A stretch of DNA of 64,000 nt from a virus: IMG/VR virus record IMGVR_UViG_3300046331_000099, positions 9,109-73,108 of that record. The stretch is one strand, 5' to 3'. The notes below the pieces were generated by a model that was given only the letters and a program-made list of their open reading frames with translations, did no database searches and was not told the origin of the DNA. Every line of letters starts with the position of its first letter. Within the stretch, counting starts at the first letter, position 1. Position numbers and translations under genes: made by a program. Below are positions 33,837 through 43,844 of this stretch, piece by piece.

Positions 33837-34062
33837 ATCTCTCTTTCATATTATATAAGAATGGTTTAAAAAACTCATCAAACTCACGGTTAGTGAATAA
33901 CATCTGGTACTTGTTGTCCAAGATGTAATCACCAGTATCATCGGGCAGCTGTTTACGAAGCGTGACCTCAATGACATCATAGTCATGCTCAATCACATCT
34001 ACAGTAGTCATAAGACCACCACGAAACAACTCACCCTTGTAAAGAACTTTGCTCTCTTTCAT
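33805..34062 (-). CDS. hypothetical protein
   Basis: Start placed at MKESKVL. Confidence 0.6.
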   Translation of the reverse strand: MKESKVLYKGELFRGGLMTTVDVIEHDYDVIEVTLRKQLPDDTGDYILDNKYQMLFTNREFDEFFKPFLYNMKERFDDEPRTNQP

Positions 34063-34174
34063 AAGAATCTTTCTTGTGCTTAGGTTTGCGATTGTACTTA
34101 ACCTTGCTCTCAACTACACGCATGCGGTACTTGGGAGTTCGAAGGTCTTTTGCGACCAAGTCTCTAGGTTTCAT
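34031..34174 (-). CDS. small basic ArfA-like protein (47 aa, not in ORF track), probably leaderless
   Basis: MKPRDLVAKDLRTPKYRMRVVESKVKYNRKPKHKK...; ATG lies 6 nt after TATAAT. Confidence 0.55.
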   Translation of the reverse strand: MKPRDLVAKDLRTPKYRMRVVESKVKYNRKPKHKKDSYEREQSSLQG

Positions 34175-34180
34175 ACTTTT

Positions 34181-34209
34181 ATTATACGCCATATCTTCTT
34201 ACAAAGCAA
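34181..34209 (-). promoter_or_regulatory. sigma70-type promoter
   Basis: TTGCTT-N17-TATAAT. Confidence 0.7.
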
Positions 34210-34212
34210 CTT

Positions 34213-34371
34213 TCATTGTAGTGTCTCGTGGGTTGCAAACGGTGTCTTCTGGTCTGCAATTAGTTCAAACAATAATTCTTCTACTTCTTGTAGTTCTTCT
34301 ATTGTCACATCAGTCGCAGGGAGTTCACCTTGCAACACTCTCATCATAACTGCCTGACGATCTTCTGTCAT
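34213..34371 (-). CDS. small acidic hypothetical protein
   Basis: Start MTEDRQ with ATGA overlap and GGAG RBS. Confidence 0.6.
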   Translation of the reverse strand: MTEDRQAVMMRVLQGELPATDVTIEELQEVEELLFELIADQKTPFATHETLQ

Positions 34372-34709
34372 TCTTTCTCTCCAAAAATGTTGGACCACTT
34401 ACGCAGTTTCTCATACTTTGCTGCCTTAGCTTGCAAGATGATATCATTACTAACAAACTGTCGATCAATAAGAATATCAATCATACAAAGCAAGTCACCT
34501 ATTTCTTCTTCCAAGTGGGCTTGATTAGTCTTACCATTATGACTGTCTGCAACACCGAATCGAAAAACTTTACTGATAGCTTGAATAACCTCAGCACATT
34601 CTTCTTGAGTGATTAACAGAACCTCTTGGTTCCCTTCACTAAGTTCTTTCAATGATTGTTCCATCGTCACGCTTAATTCACTCATACAATTCTCCAATAT
34701 CAAATTCAA
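34368..34709 (-). CDS. MazG-like nucleotide pyrophosphohydrolase
   Basis: QEECAEVIQAISK...LEEEIGDL; start uncertain. Confidence 0.8.
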   Translation of the reverse strand: MNLILENCMSELSVTMEQSLKELSEGNQEVLLITQEECAEVIQAISKVFRFGVADSHNGKTNQAHLEEEIGDLLCMIDILIDRQFVSNDIILQAKAAKYEKLRKWSNIFGEKE

Positions 34710-35070
34710 AACGCTCAGCCATTTGCTTTAGCTTTTCTTCAGGTACATTGTGGATGTTACCCCAGTTAGACTGACACACCATTACAGTTGGAACAATACC
34801 AAACTCTTTTGCAAGATCAAAGTAAGGTTTTAATTCTTTCTTTGTAGTAAACGTATTCGACACTACTGGACTTTGGCCATGTGTCATCATCTCACGAGTC
34901 TTATCTAAACACCATTTGTGTGCTTCAGCTAGACGAGTATACTCGAATTTGTACTCACCGTCAACCATCCAAAATTGGTCAGTCTCTAGATGCCAGTACC
35001 AACCAATCAAGTTCTTAGCAAGAGTGGACTTACCAGAACCTGGAAGACCACGGATTAAAAGCAGTTTCAT
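34678..35070 (-). CDS. P-loop kinase (AAA_33 / polynucleotide kinase-like)
   Basis: LIRGLPGSGKST, VVSNTF, HNVPEE. Confidence 0.85.
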   Translation of the reverse strand: MKLLLIRGLPGSGKSTLAKNLIGWYWHLETDQFWMVDGEYKFEYTRLAEAHKWCLDKTREMMTHGQSPVVSNTFTTKKELKPYFDLAKEFGIVPTVMVCQSNWGNIHNVPEEKLKQMAERFEFDIGELYE

Positions 35071-35101
35071 ATTTATCTCTTTATAAACTCTAACACAGTG
35101 A

Positions 35102-35130
35102 ATTATGCCCTAAGTCAAGTGTTTTGTCAA
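35102..35130 (-). promoter_or_regulatory. sigma70-type promoter
   Basis: TTGACA-N17-CATAAT. Confidence 0.65.
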
Positions 35131-35140
35131 GGGATAAATG

Positions 35141-35164
35141 AAAACCCCTCTTTGCAGAGGGGTT
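35141..35164 (-). terminator. intrinsic terminator
   Basis: AACCCCTC-TGCAAA-GAGGGGTT followed by a T-rich tract. Confidence 0.75.
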
Positions 35165-35187
35165 ATTCTAGTTAGAAAACTAAAGGA

Positions 35188-35748
35188 TTACAATAGTTCT
35201 TTAAATGTAAAAGCCATCCATACGTCTAACTTGGTAGAGTTATCAACACGACGCATACATAATGTCAACATATTTGGTGTAGTACCACCATGCATAGTCG
35301 CAGGGGCTTCATCTCCACTTGTATTTTTACCAATCATCACACCACTATGTCGCATAACAGCACCATTAGGGGTAAAACTATTACCTGTGTTAGAACCATA
35401 CTTATCTTGATATAATCGATATTGAATTTTTGTGCCAAGACTTGACCAAGATGGAATCGCTGTCCCAGAGATATTTAACTCACCTTCGTACCATTCATAA
35501 ACGATAGTTGATTGATTGGCATTATTATTACCAATTTCATATTCAATAATTTCTAATAAATCTGCAACAGTAGTGCCTGATGGATTAACTCGAAAACTCA
35601 TCACTGGGCGCATAGTGTCATCCATAGTCCATCCACGGTTGACGTTTATAGAAGCATTATTATATGCAAATAAAGTTCCAGCTGATTCTGCAACAACAGC
35701 ATTTATATCATTAACAACATTCACGTAATAGTCTTGTTCGTGTGACAT
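35188..35748 (-). CDS. hypothetical protein (beta-rich, possibly virion-associated)
   Basis: 186-aa ORF with AAGGA RBS. Confidence 0.65.
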   Translation of the reverse strand: MSHEQDYYVNVVNDINAVVAESAGTLFAYNNASINVNRGWTMDDTMRPVMSFRVNPSGTTVADLLEIIEYEIGNNNANQSTIVYEWYEGELNISGTAIPSWSSLGTKIQYRLYQDKYGSNTGNSFTPNGAVMRHSGVMIGKNTSGDEAPATMHGGTTPNMLTLCMRRVDNSTKLDVWMAFTFKELL

Positions 35749-35757
35749 TTAGTTTCC

Positions 35758-36294
35758 TTAGATCGGTAACCAAAGCCAGATGCCTTGGGTCATTAGTAAT
35801 AGGGCAAGAGCGCCCACTCCCCAAGAACCCCAATACATGCGAGTGTCAACTGCAATGATGGAGGCTGATAGTAATACGATAGCTAACTGGAATAACATAC
35901 CAGAGAATGTCAACCATGGGCTATGTAGCTTGGCTTCATTACGCATCTCTTTTAGATGAGTTGCTTTGGCAAGTAGTTCTTTCTTACCTTCCATTGACTT
36001 TGGGTCAGACTCGTAACGGTCGATCTTCTTTTGTAAAGCAGCCTTACGTTCTGGAGACTTAGCTTCTTCTAATTGACCTTCAGCGATAGCTTGTTTGATA
36101 GACTTGGCTTGAAAGAAGCCATATGTATCACTGGCTTCGATCAAGTTGGTCATGGCAGTGCCACTAAATGAGTTAGAGTAGTAAGTGTTCAGCGCTAAGA
36201 ACAACGCCATAACAACGATTACTAAACCTGCTTTGTCTTTGATCGCAGCTTCACGTTCGCTGCGTGTCGGTACTTTTTTGATTTCTTCTGCCAT
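35758..36294 (-). CDS. DUF4337-like membrane protein
   Basis: ASDTYGFFQAKSIK, LFQLAIVLLSASI; three TM segments. Confidence 0.75.
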   Translation of the reverse strand: MAEEIKKVPTRSEREAAIKDKAGLVIVVMALFLALNTYYSNSFSGTAMTNLIEASDTYGFFQAKSIKQAIAEGQLEEAKSPERKAALQKKIDRYESDPKSMEGKKELLAKATHLKEMRNEAKLHSPWLTFSGMLFQLAIVLLSASIIAVDTRMYWGSWGVGALALLLMTQGIWLWLPI

Positions 36295-36321
36295 ATAATT
36301 CCTTTTCGTTTTGATTATTTA

Positions 36322-36468
36322 TTACTTGATAAAAACTAGAACCTTGGATATAATTACGGCTATACCAACTACGCACATTAAAGCAACACCACCTAGGATT
36401 ATAATAAGCCCTGCAGCCATTGCAAGACTATATTCCATAAGGCTGTCCCATTTCTTTCTAATAGTCAT
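36322..36468 (-). CDS. small membrane protein (48 aa, not in ORF track)
   Basis: ATGA overlap with the upstream gene; long hydrophobic stretch. Confidence 0.45.
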   Translation of the reverse strand: MTIRKKWDSLMEYSLAMAAGLIIILGGVALMCVVGIAVIISKVLVFIK

Positions 36469-37247
36469 CTTCCTGTCCAAACTTTTGGTGCAGCTTCTTT
36501 TCTTCGCTGCTCTTCTGTTTTAGGTATCCAATCAGTTCCAAGATGTGGATACTTTTGGATTCTATCATTAACGACATAAACAAAAATCATACCAATAAAT
36601 GAAGCAAATATTAAACCACAGATACCGATGGCGATTTCAGCACGCAGTTTTTCTAATCGGTGCTTTCTTCTTTTAGCTTCAAGATCTTGATTTCTCATTT
36701 GCTTGGCAACGAGAACACGTTGGGTCTGACCCATGTGCTTCATCATTGCTTCTACTTCAGTGTAAAGAGCGCCGAGTTCAGGTGGGGATTGGTAGACCAT
36801 GAGTTCACGTAGATCCACAGACATCTGCTCTAGTTGCTTGCGCATTAGAACACGTTGTAGAGCACGTTTACCAAGAGAGGCTTCGCCAGTGTACACTTCG
36901 TTCTCAGCACGGCGTTCTTCTTCTTCGAACACAGCCATGCACTTATAGAAGTTATCGTAGTAAGTACCTAGATGTTCACCGATTTCACGGTAGATACCAT
37001 CGTGTTCACCAGCGTTGGCTTTCTTGTTTAACTCAATGACTTCGTTCTTTTCACGAATGTATTGGTTCTTCTGCTCTATGGTGGGTGGTTTCTCAGGTGG
37101 GTGTAATTTATGAAACTGTTCGTCAAGATCTTTGAGAACGTCTTTGACTTCGCCAGCAGCACTCTTGATGTCTTTATAGAGCTTGCACCCCTGCTTCACC
37201 GCTGCCACAGCGGAGTTGGCTAACATAAACAGGGTTAGCGGATCCAT
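36465..37247 (-). CDS. coiled-coil membrane hypothetical protein
   Basis: MDPLTL...; C-terminal TM segment. Confidence 0.7.
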   Translation of the reverse strand: MDPLTLFMLANSAVAAVKQGCKLYKDIKSAAGEVKDVLKDLDEQFHKLHPPEKPPTIEQKNQYIREKNEVIELNKKANAGEHDGIYREIGEHLGTYYDNFYKCMAVFEEEERRAENEVYTGEASLGKRALQRVLMRKQLEQMSVDLRELMVYQSPPELGALYTEVEAMMKHMGQTQRVLVAKQMRNQDLEAKRRKHRLEKLRAEIAIGICGLIFASFIGMIFVYVVNDRIQKYPHLGTDWIPKTEEQRRKEAAPKVWTGR

Positions 37248-37393
37248 ATCACTTCGCCTTGGTGATAGGATTAATGGTTTGGTGGAGGTTTATCGAATCA
37301 GATTTGATTGATATAGACATAACAAAAAGACCACCACCGTGATCTTTTTTGCACATTGCAAGCCTTTATAGCTGTAAATTCATTACAACATAT

Positions 37394-38512
37394 TTAGGAT
37401 TTAGCTTTTTGCAATTCGTCTACTTCTAATTCTATTGTTTTCACTTGAACTGCTGGAGCGCCCCTAACTTTATTCAAGAATGATTGAGCTTTGCCACCAA
37501 TGACTTCATCAGTATTCTTAACTTGTTTTCTTGAATATAGCTCTGGTTCCCAGTCCTTAGATGGCTCTTCAACTGTTACATTGAGGTCATCTTCATTAGT
37601 TAGAGCGATGTTCTCTTGTGCTTCTTTAGCAGCTGCAGCCAACGATTTCTCTGGCTCTGGTAGGTCGACTTCTTCCGCAGTATCAACAGTATCTTCGATA
37701 TGAATTTCTATTGGAGCAGGTGGTTCTGGTAATTGGTAATCGTCTTCAGGCTCTGTATCTTTAACATCGTTTCTCTTTAGATTCCAGTTAGCTGCAATCA
37801 GTAAGAGGACTGCCAGTGGATCAAACACAGCAACAATCATCATAGTGACGAATCGAACTGCCTTTTCTAGGATGTCATCACCAAGTTTCTCATCGTAGAT
37901 TACAGCAGCAATGTACTTGATTGGACCTACTTCTGCTTCAACCTTGCGTACTTCAGAAGCGATGGGCGCACGGTGCTCTTGTAAGGCAGCAAGGTTAACC
38001 TGCGATTTGGATATGTCCGCAGCCAATTGACTACGTTCTTTCTGCTGCGATCTACGCAAAGATGCTGCTTTAGTGGCACCGTTTTCATTATCTGTGCGTG
38101 CCATTGTTTGGTCAACAGCCTCATCCATCTGTTTAAGAGCTTTGCGGTTGGCATCAATGTTATCCTTCTCAGTTCTAATCTTCTCATCAACAATATTTAA
38201 TTTAGCCATAACATCACCAGATGGAACAGCTTGATCCAAGTGTGCCTTCGATAAGAAACCGAAGATACCCATTGAAGTTAAGAACATCAGAATTAGTAAG
38301 GAGATGGTGAAGTAGGTCTTCATTAGTAACGGGATTTCTTTCCAGTTACGATATAACCAAGATGCGATTACTAGTTTAGATGCTCCCAACAGTGCGCCCA
38401 TAATAGCGATAGGAATTGGGGCTGAAGCAAAGATAGCCATCAGACCGACGATGGCGTACCATTCGGCGACTGTGGATAATCCTAATGCGATAGCGAAAAG
38501 TAGATATGTCAT
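37394..38512 (-). CDS. membrane / coiled-coil hypothetical protein
   Basis: TSMGIFGFLSKAH, EVGPIKYIA, VFDPLAV; acidic tail. Confidence 0.75.
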   Translation of the reverse strand: MTYLLFAIALGLSTVAEWYAIVGLMAIFASAPIPIAIMGALLGASKLVIASWLYRNWKEIPLLMKTYFTISLLILMFLTSMGIFGFLSKAHLDQAVPSGDVMAKLNIVDEKIRTEKDNIDANRKALKQMDEAVDQTMARTDNENGATKAASLRRSQQKERSQLAADISKSQVNLAALQEHRAPIASEVRKVEAEVGPIKYIAAVIYDEKLGDDILEKAVRFVTMMIVAVFDPLAVLLLIAANWNLKRNDVKDTEPEDDYQLPEPPAPIEIHIEDTVDTAEEVDLPEPEKSLAAAAKEAQENIALTNEDDLNVTVEEPSKDWEPELYSRKQVKNTDEVIGGKAQSFLNKVRGAPAVQVKTIELEVDELQKAKS

Positions 38513-38934
38513 AATTTATTCTTGATATGAGAACCATGGACTCGGACAGAGATTTGCCCATTATAGTAGTCGTCTGATTCTAATACTCTCCTTGAAAATT
38601 GTTCTCTTGCTTCTATGTATGAGCACTCAGCTTTAGACTTACAAAAGAATAGAATTTCTCGGGTGAAGTTATCCTTCCCGAGAGTGTCTACGTCTTTATT
38701 TAGTTCTATACTTGAACCATAGTAGTCCATCCAGTCAGAGTCGATCTTGGACTTGATCTTCTTTTTCTTCTTTACACCATTCTTCTGAGTAACCGTCTTG
38801 TAGGTTGTCTTAGAAAACTTGGCTAACTTCTTACCAACGTACATACGACTGCTGGCTTTGTTCGTAATTAAATAAACAAAGCCAACGCAGTCTTCGGGTA
38901 ACTCTTCAACGATAATATTATTAAATGTCCACAT
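38509..38934 (-). CDS. GIY-YIG endonuclease (T4 EndoII/DenA-like)
   Basis: GFVYLITN...YVGKK, SDW.DYYGSS, FTREIL, YYN. Confidence 0.8.
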   Translation of the reverse strand: MWTFNNIIVEELPEDCVGFVYLITNKASSRMYVGKKLAKFSKTTYKTVTQKNGVKKKKKIKSKIDSDWMDYYGSSIELNKDVDTLGKDNFTREILFFCKSKAECSYIEAREQFSRRVLESDDYYNGQISVRVHGSHIKNKL

Positions 38935-38947
38935 AGTGGACTATTTA

Positions 38948-39097
38948 TTAGTTCTCCTCGTCGAAGTCTTCCTCTTCATAAATGTCTGCTGAACAAACTG
39001 GACAATAGACGATATCTGATAGATTGTGGTCGTCACCCTTTACAGTGATTTTACCTTCTGCCTCACAAGATTTACATTCATAGTGTTTTGTAATCAT
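38948..39097 (-). CDS. small zinc-ribbon protein (49 aa, not in ORF track)
   Basis: YECKSC...YCPVC, acidic tail; ATGA overlap with nrdB. Confidence 0.7.
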   Translation of the reverse strand: MITKHYECKSCEAEGKITVKGDDHNLSDIVYCPVCSADIYEEEDFDEEN

Positions 39098-40086
39098 TTT
39101 GCCCTTCCCCATACATCGTCCCACGTACCACCAAGAGCACCCTTAGCATAGTCAGTAACACGGTTCTCAAAGAAGTTGCCGTGCACTGGTGCGTTGATCA
39201 TCTCTTCTACCCATGGTAGTGGATTCTTCTTAACTTTAAAAATACCCTTCATTCCTAATGAGATTAGGCGACGGTCTGCGATATAACGAATGTATTGCTT
39301 AACTTCTGCTGCTGTTAGATCACGCATGTCTGCGCCAGCAAAAGAGAGATCGATGAACTTATCTTCAAGTTCAACCATTTTCTCTGCGATTGTATATATC
39401 TTTCCTTTAAGTTCATCATTCCAAATCTCAGGATTTTCTTTGACGAACTCTTTGAATAGACGAATCATATTCTCAGCATGCATCGTTTCATCAACGATAG
39501 ACCATGTAACAATCTGCCCCATACCCTTCATCAAACCATGACGAGGAAAGTTCAATAACATAATGAATGATGAGAACAACTGCATACCTTCAGTGAAAGC
39601 AGAGAACACAGCGATGTGTTCGGCAGTTGACGCTAGTGTTCCATTACGAGAAGACAACTCAGTGACATAATCATGCTTATCTTTCATCTCTTGGTATTCC
39701 AAGAATTGACTATATGTTACTTCAGGAAGACCCAGCGTTTCAATCAAGTGAGAGTAAGCAGCCACGTGTAAACTTTCACGAGCAGCAAACCCTAGAAGCA
39801 TCATCCTAATTTCAGGCTGAGGAAAATGGGGAAGGTAATTATTAACGTAACCACCAGCAACGTCAATGTCACCCTGAGTAAAGAATCTAAAAATATTAGT
39901 AAGGAATGTCTTTTCTTCATTTGTTAGCTTCTTCTTCCAATCTTTAACGTCTTCCATCATTGGCACTTCAGTGTGTAACCAATGCGCCTGTTCATGTTTT
40001 AACCATGCATCATAAGCCCATGGATAGTTGAACGGCTTAAAGTGTGTGCGTTCATCCATCAATTTACTATTATTCTTCTTTACCAT
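39094..40086 (-). CDS. nrdB: ribonucleotide reductase class Ia beta subunit
   Basis: FFTQGD, RESLH..AY, TEGMQLFSSF, VDETMH, NFFE. Confidence 0.95.
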   Translation of the reverse strand: MVKKNNSKLMDERTHFKPFNYPWAYDAWLKHEQAHWLHTEVPMMEDVKDWKKKLTNEEKTFLTNIFRFFTQGDIDVAGGYVNNYLPHFPQPEIRMMLLGFAARESLHVAAYSHLIETLGLPEVTYSQFLEYQEMKDKHDYVTELSSRNGTLASTAEHIAVFSAFTEGMQLFSSFIMLLNFPRHGLMKGMGQIVTWSIVDETMHAENMIRLFKEFVKENPEIWNDELKGKIYTIAEKMVELEDKFIDLSFAGADMRDLTAAEVKQYIRYIADRRLISLGMKGIFKVKKNPLPWVEEMINAPVHGNFFENRVTDYAKGALGGTWDDVWGRAK

Positions 40087-40276
40087 CGTCCAACTCCAAC
40101 ATAATACCGAGTGTGGGATCCACACCGATAGATTTAACTTTTACTGCGCCCTTGTCTGTATAAACATAGACAGGAACGAGTATCTTTTCTTTATTAGTCT
40201 CAGCTGCGTCTTGCCAATGGAGATATTCTTCTCCCCACAGTTTACGCATCTGAGTAGCTAGATCGTATGCATCCAT
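40070..40276 (-). CDS. hypothetical protein between nrdA and nrdB
   Basis: 68-aa ORF. Confidence 0.6.
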   Translation of the reverse strand: MDAYDLATQMRKLWGEEYLHWQDAAETNKEKILVPVYVYTDKGAVKVKSIGVDPTLGIMLELDDGKEE

Positions 40277-42073
40277 TTAACCCTCACAAGCTAAACATTC
40301 GTTGCCTTCTGTCAGTGCATGAAGGTCGATCTCTTTCATAACTTCACGTTCAATACGCTTGCTAACTTTATCAGCCTTAGCGATCTTATCAGAACGGCAG
40401 TAGTACATAGTCTTCAAACCTTGTTTCCACGCTTGGAAATGAACCGCATGGATGTACTTGATGTGAGAATCTGGACGGAAGAACACGTTCAGAGACTGGG
40501 CTTGATCTATAAATACTTGCCTGTCTGCGGCATGCTGGACGACCCAGCGCTGGTCGATTTCCATAGAAGTTTTGAAAACATCTTTTGTCCAGTCGTCCAT
40601 CCAATCGATGTGCTGAACTGAACCATCATTCGCAATGATGCTCGACCATACTTCATCTGACCAACCCTCTTTATGATTGACTGCTTCTTTTTGGATGAGT
40701 TCATCTAAGTAGCGGTTCTTGTTTAGGTGAGAACCCGATAGAGTGTCTTGGCGATAAGCATTGGCACGATAAGGTTCAATAGAAGGACTAGTATTGCCCA
40801 TGAGAATGGAAGAAGAAGCATTGGGAGCAATAGCCATAAGATGACTAAAGCGATTCCCAGTACCCACTGCATCGGGCGCTTCACCTCTAAGTTTTCCCAA
40901 CGATTGATTAGCTTCATCTAATTTCTCTCTCACGTATTTGAAGATCTGTTTATTCTTTCCTACTGCGATACTTGATTCCCATGGGAGGTTATTTTTCTGC
41001 AAGAAGGCATGCCAACCCAACGCACCGATACCGATTGATCGTTCACGCATGGCGGAATACTTCGCTCTGGTAATTGAGTCAGGCGCATTATCAATAAAAT
41101 ACTGAAGAACATTATCAAGCATTTCTGCAATATCAAGAAGGAATAAACTATCGTGTTTCCACTCATCATAATACTCTAAGTTCAAAGAAGACAAACAACA
41201 AACAGCAGTACGCTCTTCATTTGTTGGTAGAATAATCTCAGAGCAGAGATTGGACTGATGGATCTTTAAACCCAACGCCTTCAGGTGTTGTGGCATTTTA
41301 CGATTTGATTCATCAATAAAGTGAATGTATGGCTCACCTGTTTGCATACGCATCTCAAGGATACGTTGCCATAGTTCTTTGGCAGATACACGCTCACGAA
41401 CTTCATTAGAAGCTGGATCAACCAAGTCCCATCCATCGTCTGCATGATCATCAACCATAGCACGTTCGATGATTTCCATGAACGCATCAGGAATGTTAAT
41501 ACCATGATGAAGATTCAGACAACGCATATTCTGGTCGCCTGTTGGCTTACGCATCTCTAGAAAGGAGATGATATCAGGATGGTCAATACTTAGGTAAGCA
41601 GCGTATGAACCACGACGAGTGCTACCTTGTTTATAAGCTAATGAACTAGCATCATAAGTTTTCAAGTGAGGCATAACACCAGTTGACTTATCACTGGCAG
41701 AACGAATACCGAAACCGATACCAACACCACCGCCCATCATAGACAACCAACTTGTTTCGCTGAAGTTGTTAACTAATCCTTCAGCCGTGTCTTCAATGTA
41801 GTTGAGGAAACAGGAGATTGGCAGTCCACGCTTGGAGCGACCGAATGAGAGAATTGGAGTACTATACGACAACCAATGTTTACTTGAGTACTCGTACAGG
41901 CGCTGAGCATGGGCTGGGTTGCTACCAAAGGTAGAACTAACAAACGCAAAACGTTCTTGTGGAGATACTTCTCCATCTTTCATGTAACTTTCTTTTAATC
42001 TAATCTTACCTAATTCATCGAATAGACCATCACGTGTGTAGTCTACTGTAATCCCATGCACTAATTCTTGCAT
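40277..42073 (-). CDS. nrdA: ribonucleotide reductase class I alpha subunit (compact, no ATP cone)
   Basis: STPILS, PISC, SNLCSE, AVCCL, IAPNASSS, KTMYY, C-terminal CLACEG. Confidence 0.95.
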   Translation of the reverse strand: MQELVHGITVDYTRDGLFDELGKIRLKESYMKDGEVSPQERFAFVSSTFGSNPAHAQRLYEYSSKHWLSYSTPILSFGRSKRGLPISCFLNYIEDTAEGLVNNFSETSWLSMMGGGVGIGFGIRSASDKSTGVMPHLKTYDASSLAYKQGSTRRGSYAAYLSIDHPDIISFLEMRKPTGDQNMRCLNLHHGINIPDAFMEIIERAMVDDHADDGWDLVDPASNEVRERVSAKELWQRILEMRMQTGEPYIHFIDESNRKMPQHLKALGLKIHQSNLCSEIILPTNEERTAVCCLSSLNLEYYDEWKHDSLFLLDIAEMLDNVLQYFIDNAPDSITRAKYSAMRERSIGIGALGWHAFLQKNNLPWESSIAVGKNKQIFKYVREKLDEANQSLGKLRGEAPDAVGTGNRFSHLMAIAPNASSSILMGNTSPSIEPYRANAYRQDTLSGSHLNKNRYLDELIQKEAVNHKEGWSDEVWSSIIANDGSVQHIDWMDDWTKDVFKTSMEIDQRWVVQHAADRQVFIDQAQSLNVFFRPDSHIKYIHAVHFQAWKQGLKTMYYCRSDKIAKADKVSKRIEREVMKEIDLHALTEGNECLACEG

Positions 42074-42090
42074 AAAACCTCTTGTTATTC

Positions 42091-42771
42091 TTATTCGTTT
42101 ACAAACTCACCAGCCATAGGGAATACCTCGGCGATGACCTTAGCACATTCTCGTGCCACTTCCATGTGTTCCTTTTGTGTACCGTGCCCTGAACGCAGTT
42201 CAATAAAGTGAATCCAACTACGTAATGTGCCGTTCATATACAAACGACTTACTGTGTTTCCCTCTGGGAGAATAGCACGAGCTTGTTCTTTTGCGATACC
42301 TTTATCGATCGCTTCAGCGTATGTTGCTTTCACATATTCAATTAGAAACTTTTGCTTCGCATCCCACCATGCTTTTAACTCAGCGTCTGACGTATCTACA
42401 CTATTTTGACGATTCTTTGTATCTTGAAGACGGGCTTCCCTTAGAACAAAGTCTAAATCTTTTGTAGGGTCAGCATATCGCTGACTGAATTCTTGGAATG
42501 AAAAGGAGCGATGACGCAAAATTTGTCTTGCGATATCACGAGTTGTTTCGACTTCTAAGCATGCTGATACCATTTCCAATGGTGACCAGTGTTGATGCTT
42601 GATCAAGTAACGAATCAACTTTTCTGATGTCTCTGTGTTGAACTGATTGCTTGGGTTGGATACTCTAGCGCAAAAGCCAATCAACTCTTGCACATCCACT
42701 AAACCCTCATCATACATCTCACGAGAGGGTTTGCTATAACTAATCATTCTAACGTTCATATTTTCTTCCAT
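42091..42771 (-). CDS. thyX: FAD-dependent thymidylate synthase
   Basis: HWSPLE, RQILRHRSFSFQEFSQRY, AKEQAR..LP. Confidence 0.95.
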   Translation of the reverse strand: MEENMNVRMISYSKPSREMYDEGLVDVQELIGFCARVSNPSNQFNTETSEKLIRYLIKHQHWSPLEMVSACLEVETTRDIARQILRHRSFSFQEFSQRYADPTKDLDFVLREARLQDTKNRQNSVDTSDAELKAWWDAKQKFLIEYVKATYAEAIDKGIAKEQARAILPEGNTVSRLYMNGTLRSWIHFIELRSGHGTQKEHMEVARECAKVIAEVFPMAGEFVNE

Positions 42772-43787
42772 GTACTAAATCTAAGTGTCGCTTCAATTCC
42801 TGAAAAGGTATTTGTATTTATCGTTTCGAGAATCTCTTCGGCAGTGTGACCACCTTTAACGATCATATCATTGATATCTTTTTGCTCGATATGTTCAGGA
42901 AACATACACACACTGTAACCAGCCTTGATGTTTTTACCAAGTAGTCTTACAATGTCCTTTGATCGAGGCTCATTGTCCATTACTAGCGTTGCATTAGTAA
43001 GAAGGCTCCGCACAGTAGGGGTGTCAAAACTGCTTCCTGACACAGCAATGCAATTGGGGATGAAGAGAGAGTCGAGTGGACCTTCCACAACATAGATTCG
43101 TTTGCTAAAATCAACTCGGTCGAGTCCATAAATTTTCTCCTCAGTCTCATCGACTTTAATGGTATAATACTTAGGCTGTTCATCTCCGAAGGCTCTGCCT
43201 TGAAAAGCAAAGCACTTACCAGCATTGGTAAAGAACGGGATGATCAGTCGTGGGTGCTCATCGACAATAGGCTCTTGAAACTTTGGTGTAACTGAGTTAA
43301 CAAACGCTTTGAACTTAGGAGCAAAGTAAAGAAGATTCCAAAACTCTCTTGGGATCTTCCTGTCGATTAGGGTCTTCATGGCAGGATGGTTCAGGGGCAA
43401 CTTATCCATACGTGTAAGAGACTCGAGGATATCATCCTCAAGTAATTCTGTCTTTGGAGTTTCTAAGACGACCCGAGTATCCTCGATGTCTTTATGATCA
43501 TGATAACGGGTAGCGCCAGCTTTGTAACGCTCAAGAACATACTCATCATATAAAGTTGCATCGACATACTTGATAAGATTGCCGATGTTAGAAGAATAAC
43601 CACACTTGTGACACTTCACTAAAAGGTCTGCACGTGCACGATAGATGTATCCACGGGCTTTGTTTTTATTGCGCTTGCTGTCGCCACATACTGGACAACT
43701 GTAGTTCCAGAGGTAATCTTCTTTTTGTTTGAAATTTCTTAGGCGACCTCCTAAGATTAGTGCATACTTTGCGTCAATGTATAGCAT
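42756..43787 (-). CDS. gp61: DNA primase (T4 gp61)
   Basis: CPVCGDS..NKNKARG, CHKC, FQGRA, VVEGPLDSLF, DNEPR, KDIND. Confidence 0.95.
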   Translation of the reverse strand: MLYIDAKYALILGGRLRNFKQKEDYLWNYSCPVCGDSKRNKNKARGYIYRARADLLVKCHKCGYSSNIGNLIKYVDATLYDEYVLERYKAGATRYHDHKDIEDTRVVLETPKTELLEDDILESLTRMDKLPLNHPAMKTLIDRKIPREFWNLLYFAPKFKAFVNSVTPKFQEPIVDEHPRLIIPFFTNAGKCFAFQGRAFGDEQPKYYTIKVDETEEKIYGLDRVDFSKRIYVVEGPLDSLFIPNCIAVSGSSFDTPTVRSLLTNATLVMDNEPRSKDIVRLLGKNIKAGYSVCMFPEHIEQKDINDMIVKGGHTAEEILETINTNTFSGIEATLRFSTWKKI

Positions 43788-43812
43788 AATGAAAACTCCA
43801 CGGTAAGGTATT

Positions 43813-43841
43813 ATTATACCCTAACATGGAGTTGCAAGCAA
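43813..43841 (-). promoter_or_regulatory. sigma70-type promoter
   Basis: TTGCTT-N17-TATAAT. Confidence 0.65.
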
Positions 43842-43844
43842 ACT

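Noticed and set aside
39094-42771. Introns or inteins in nrdA, nrdB or thyX, common in T4-like phages
   Set aside because: All three are uninterrupted and of compact length; the same holds for gp41 and uvsX
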